Part shown: positions 63,275-64,000 of the stretch, in pieces | Position numbering within the stretch: the first letter of the stretch is position 1 | Layout of the letters: each line of letters opens with the position of its first letter | Source of the DNA: Cetorhinus maximus | Taxonomy: Eukaryota | Direction of reading: 5' to 3' | Assembly: GCF_964194155.1 (NCBI RefSeq) | Contig: NC_135896.1 | Location: 51,522,001-51,586,000, forward strand | Length of the DNA: 64,000 nucleotides | Position numbers and translations under genes: made by a program | Notes under the pieces: generated by a model | The model's input: the letters and a program-made list of their open reading frames with translations, nothing else | Told to the model about the DNA's origin: nothing | The model's database searches: none

Positions 63275-64000
63275 TGCTCTGGGGGAGGTGGGACCTGTAA
63301 CAGGCTGGACAGGTTGTACCTAAATAGAGCTGGGACTGAGTTCTTTGTGGGATGCTTTGCTAGTGCTATTAGGGAGGATTTAAACTAACTTGGCAGAGAT
63401 GTGAGAACCAGAAGATAATATCAGAGAGGAATACCAAGGTGTACATAATACTGGGAGAGATAGATAGCATTAAAATAAGGAATAGTTAGTTAATAGGTAG
63501 GATAGAGCAAGGGACAAAATAATAAAGAATAAATCAGAGTTACTGTGCATGTATGTGAATGCGTGGAGTGTGAGATAAATAAAACTGGTGAGTTATAGGT
63601 GCAGATTGCCATGTGGACATATGATGTTGTGGTAATAACAGAGACCTGGTTCAAAGAAGGACAGTCAGGCATTAAATATTCCTGGATACTAGTTCTCAGG
63701 AAAGATAGGAAAGGGAGAAAAGGAGGAGGGGTGGTGGCATCGATTAAGGGGAACATTGCAGTGCTGGAGAAAGAGAATATCCCAGAGGGGTCAAGGATGG
63801 ACCCTATTTGGCTAGAGATAAAAAACAGAAAAGGTGCAATTACATTGCCTGGTATGGTCTGTAGGCTGCCAACCACTGGGAAGGATGTAGAGGAACACAT
63901 TTAGTCGTGTAAAGAGCAGAGAGGGGCAAGAGTTCCTAGAGTGTGTTCAGGAAAATTTTCTACAGCATGTTTCCAGTCCAATGACAAAGGAGGCATTGCT
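63275..64000 (+). mobile_element. CR1 ORF1 end and ORF2 APE start (decayed)
   Basis: LYLNRAGT-like ORF1 end; YDVVVITETW...RKDRKGRKGGGVV. Confidence 0.85.

Overview
Eukaryotic vertebrate genomic DNA, most likely a shark or other cartilaginous fish (inferred from the CR1/L2/Penelope/DeuSINE repeat landscape and very conserved proteins). The window covers the syntenic block ARID4A(+) - TOMM20L(+) - TIMM9(-) - KIAA0586/TALPID3(+). It holds the last five coding exons and 3'UTR of ARID4A, a complete 5-exon TOM20-family gene (151 aa), a complete TIMM9 (3 coding exons plus a probable non-coding first exon) and the first one or two exons of KIAA0586. Exons were called by hand from translation, GT-AG sites and phase continuity. 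The rest is mostly decayed and often nested transposons: CR1, L2, RTE, Penelope, solo LTRs, Harbinger- and TcMar-like MITEs, and SINEs. The best leads are: (1) an ORF1-less LINE with a tRNA-like Pol III head whose sense strand is nearly free of TTTT; (2) a perfect AATAAA-G-TTTATT palindrome between the convergent TOMM20L and TIMM9 genes; (3) a competing splice acceptor that would remove the TOM20 EDDVE tail; (4) a 1.7-kb G-rich 34-bp minisatellite splitting the TIMM9/KIAA0586 bidirectional promoter; (5) a 453-bp tandem duplication. No database searches were possible, so family names come from recalled sequence similarity and novelty is unverified.
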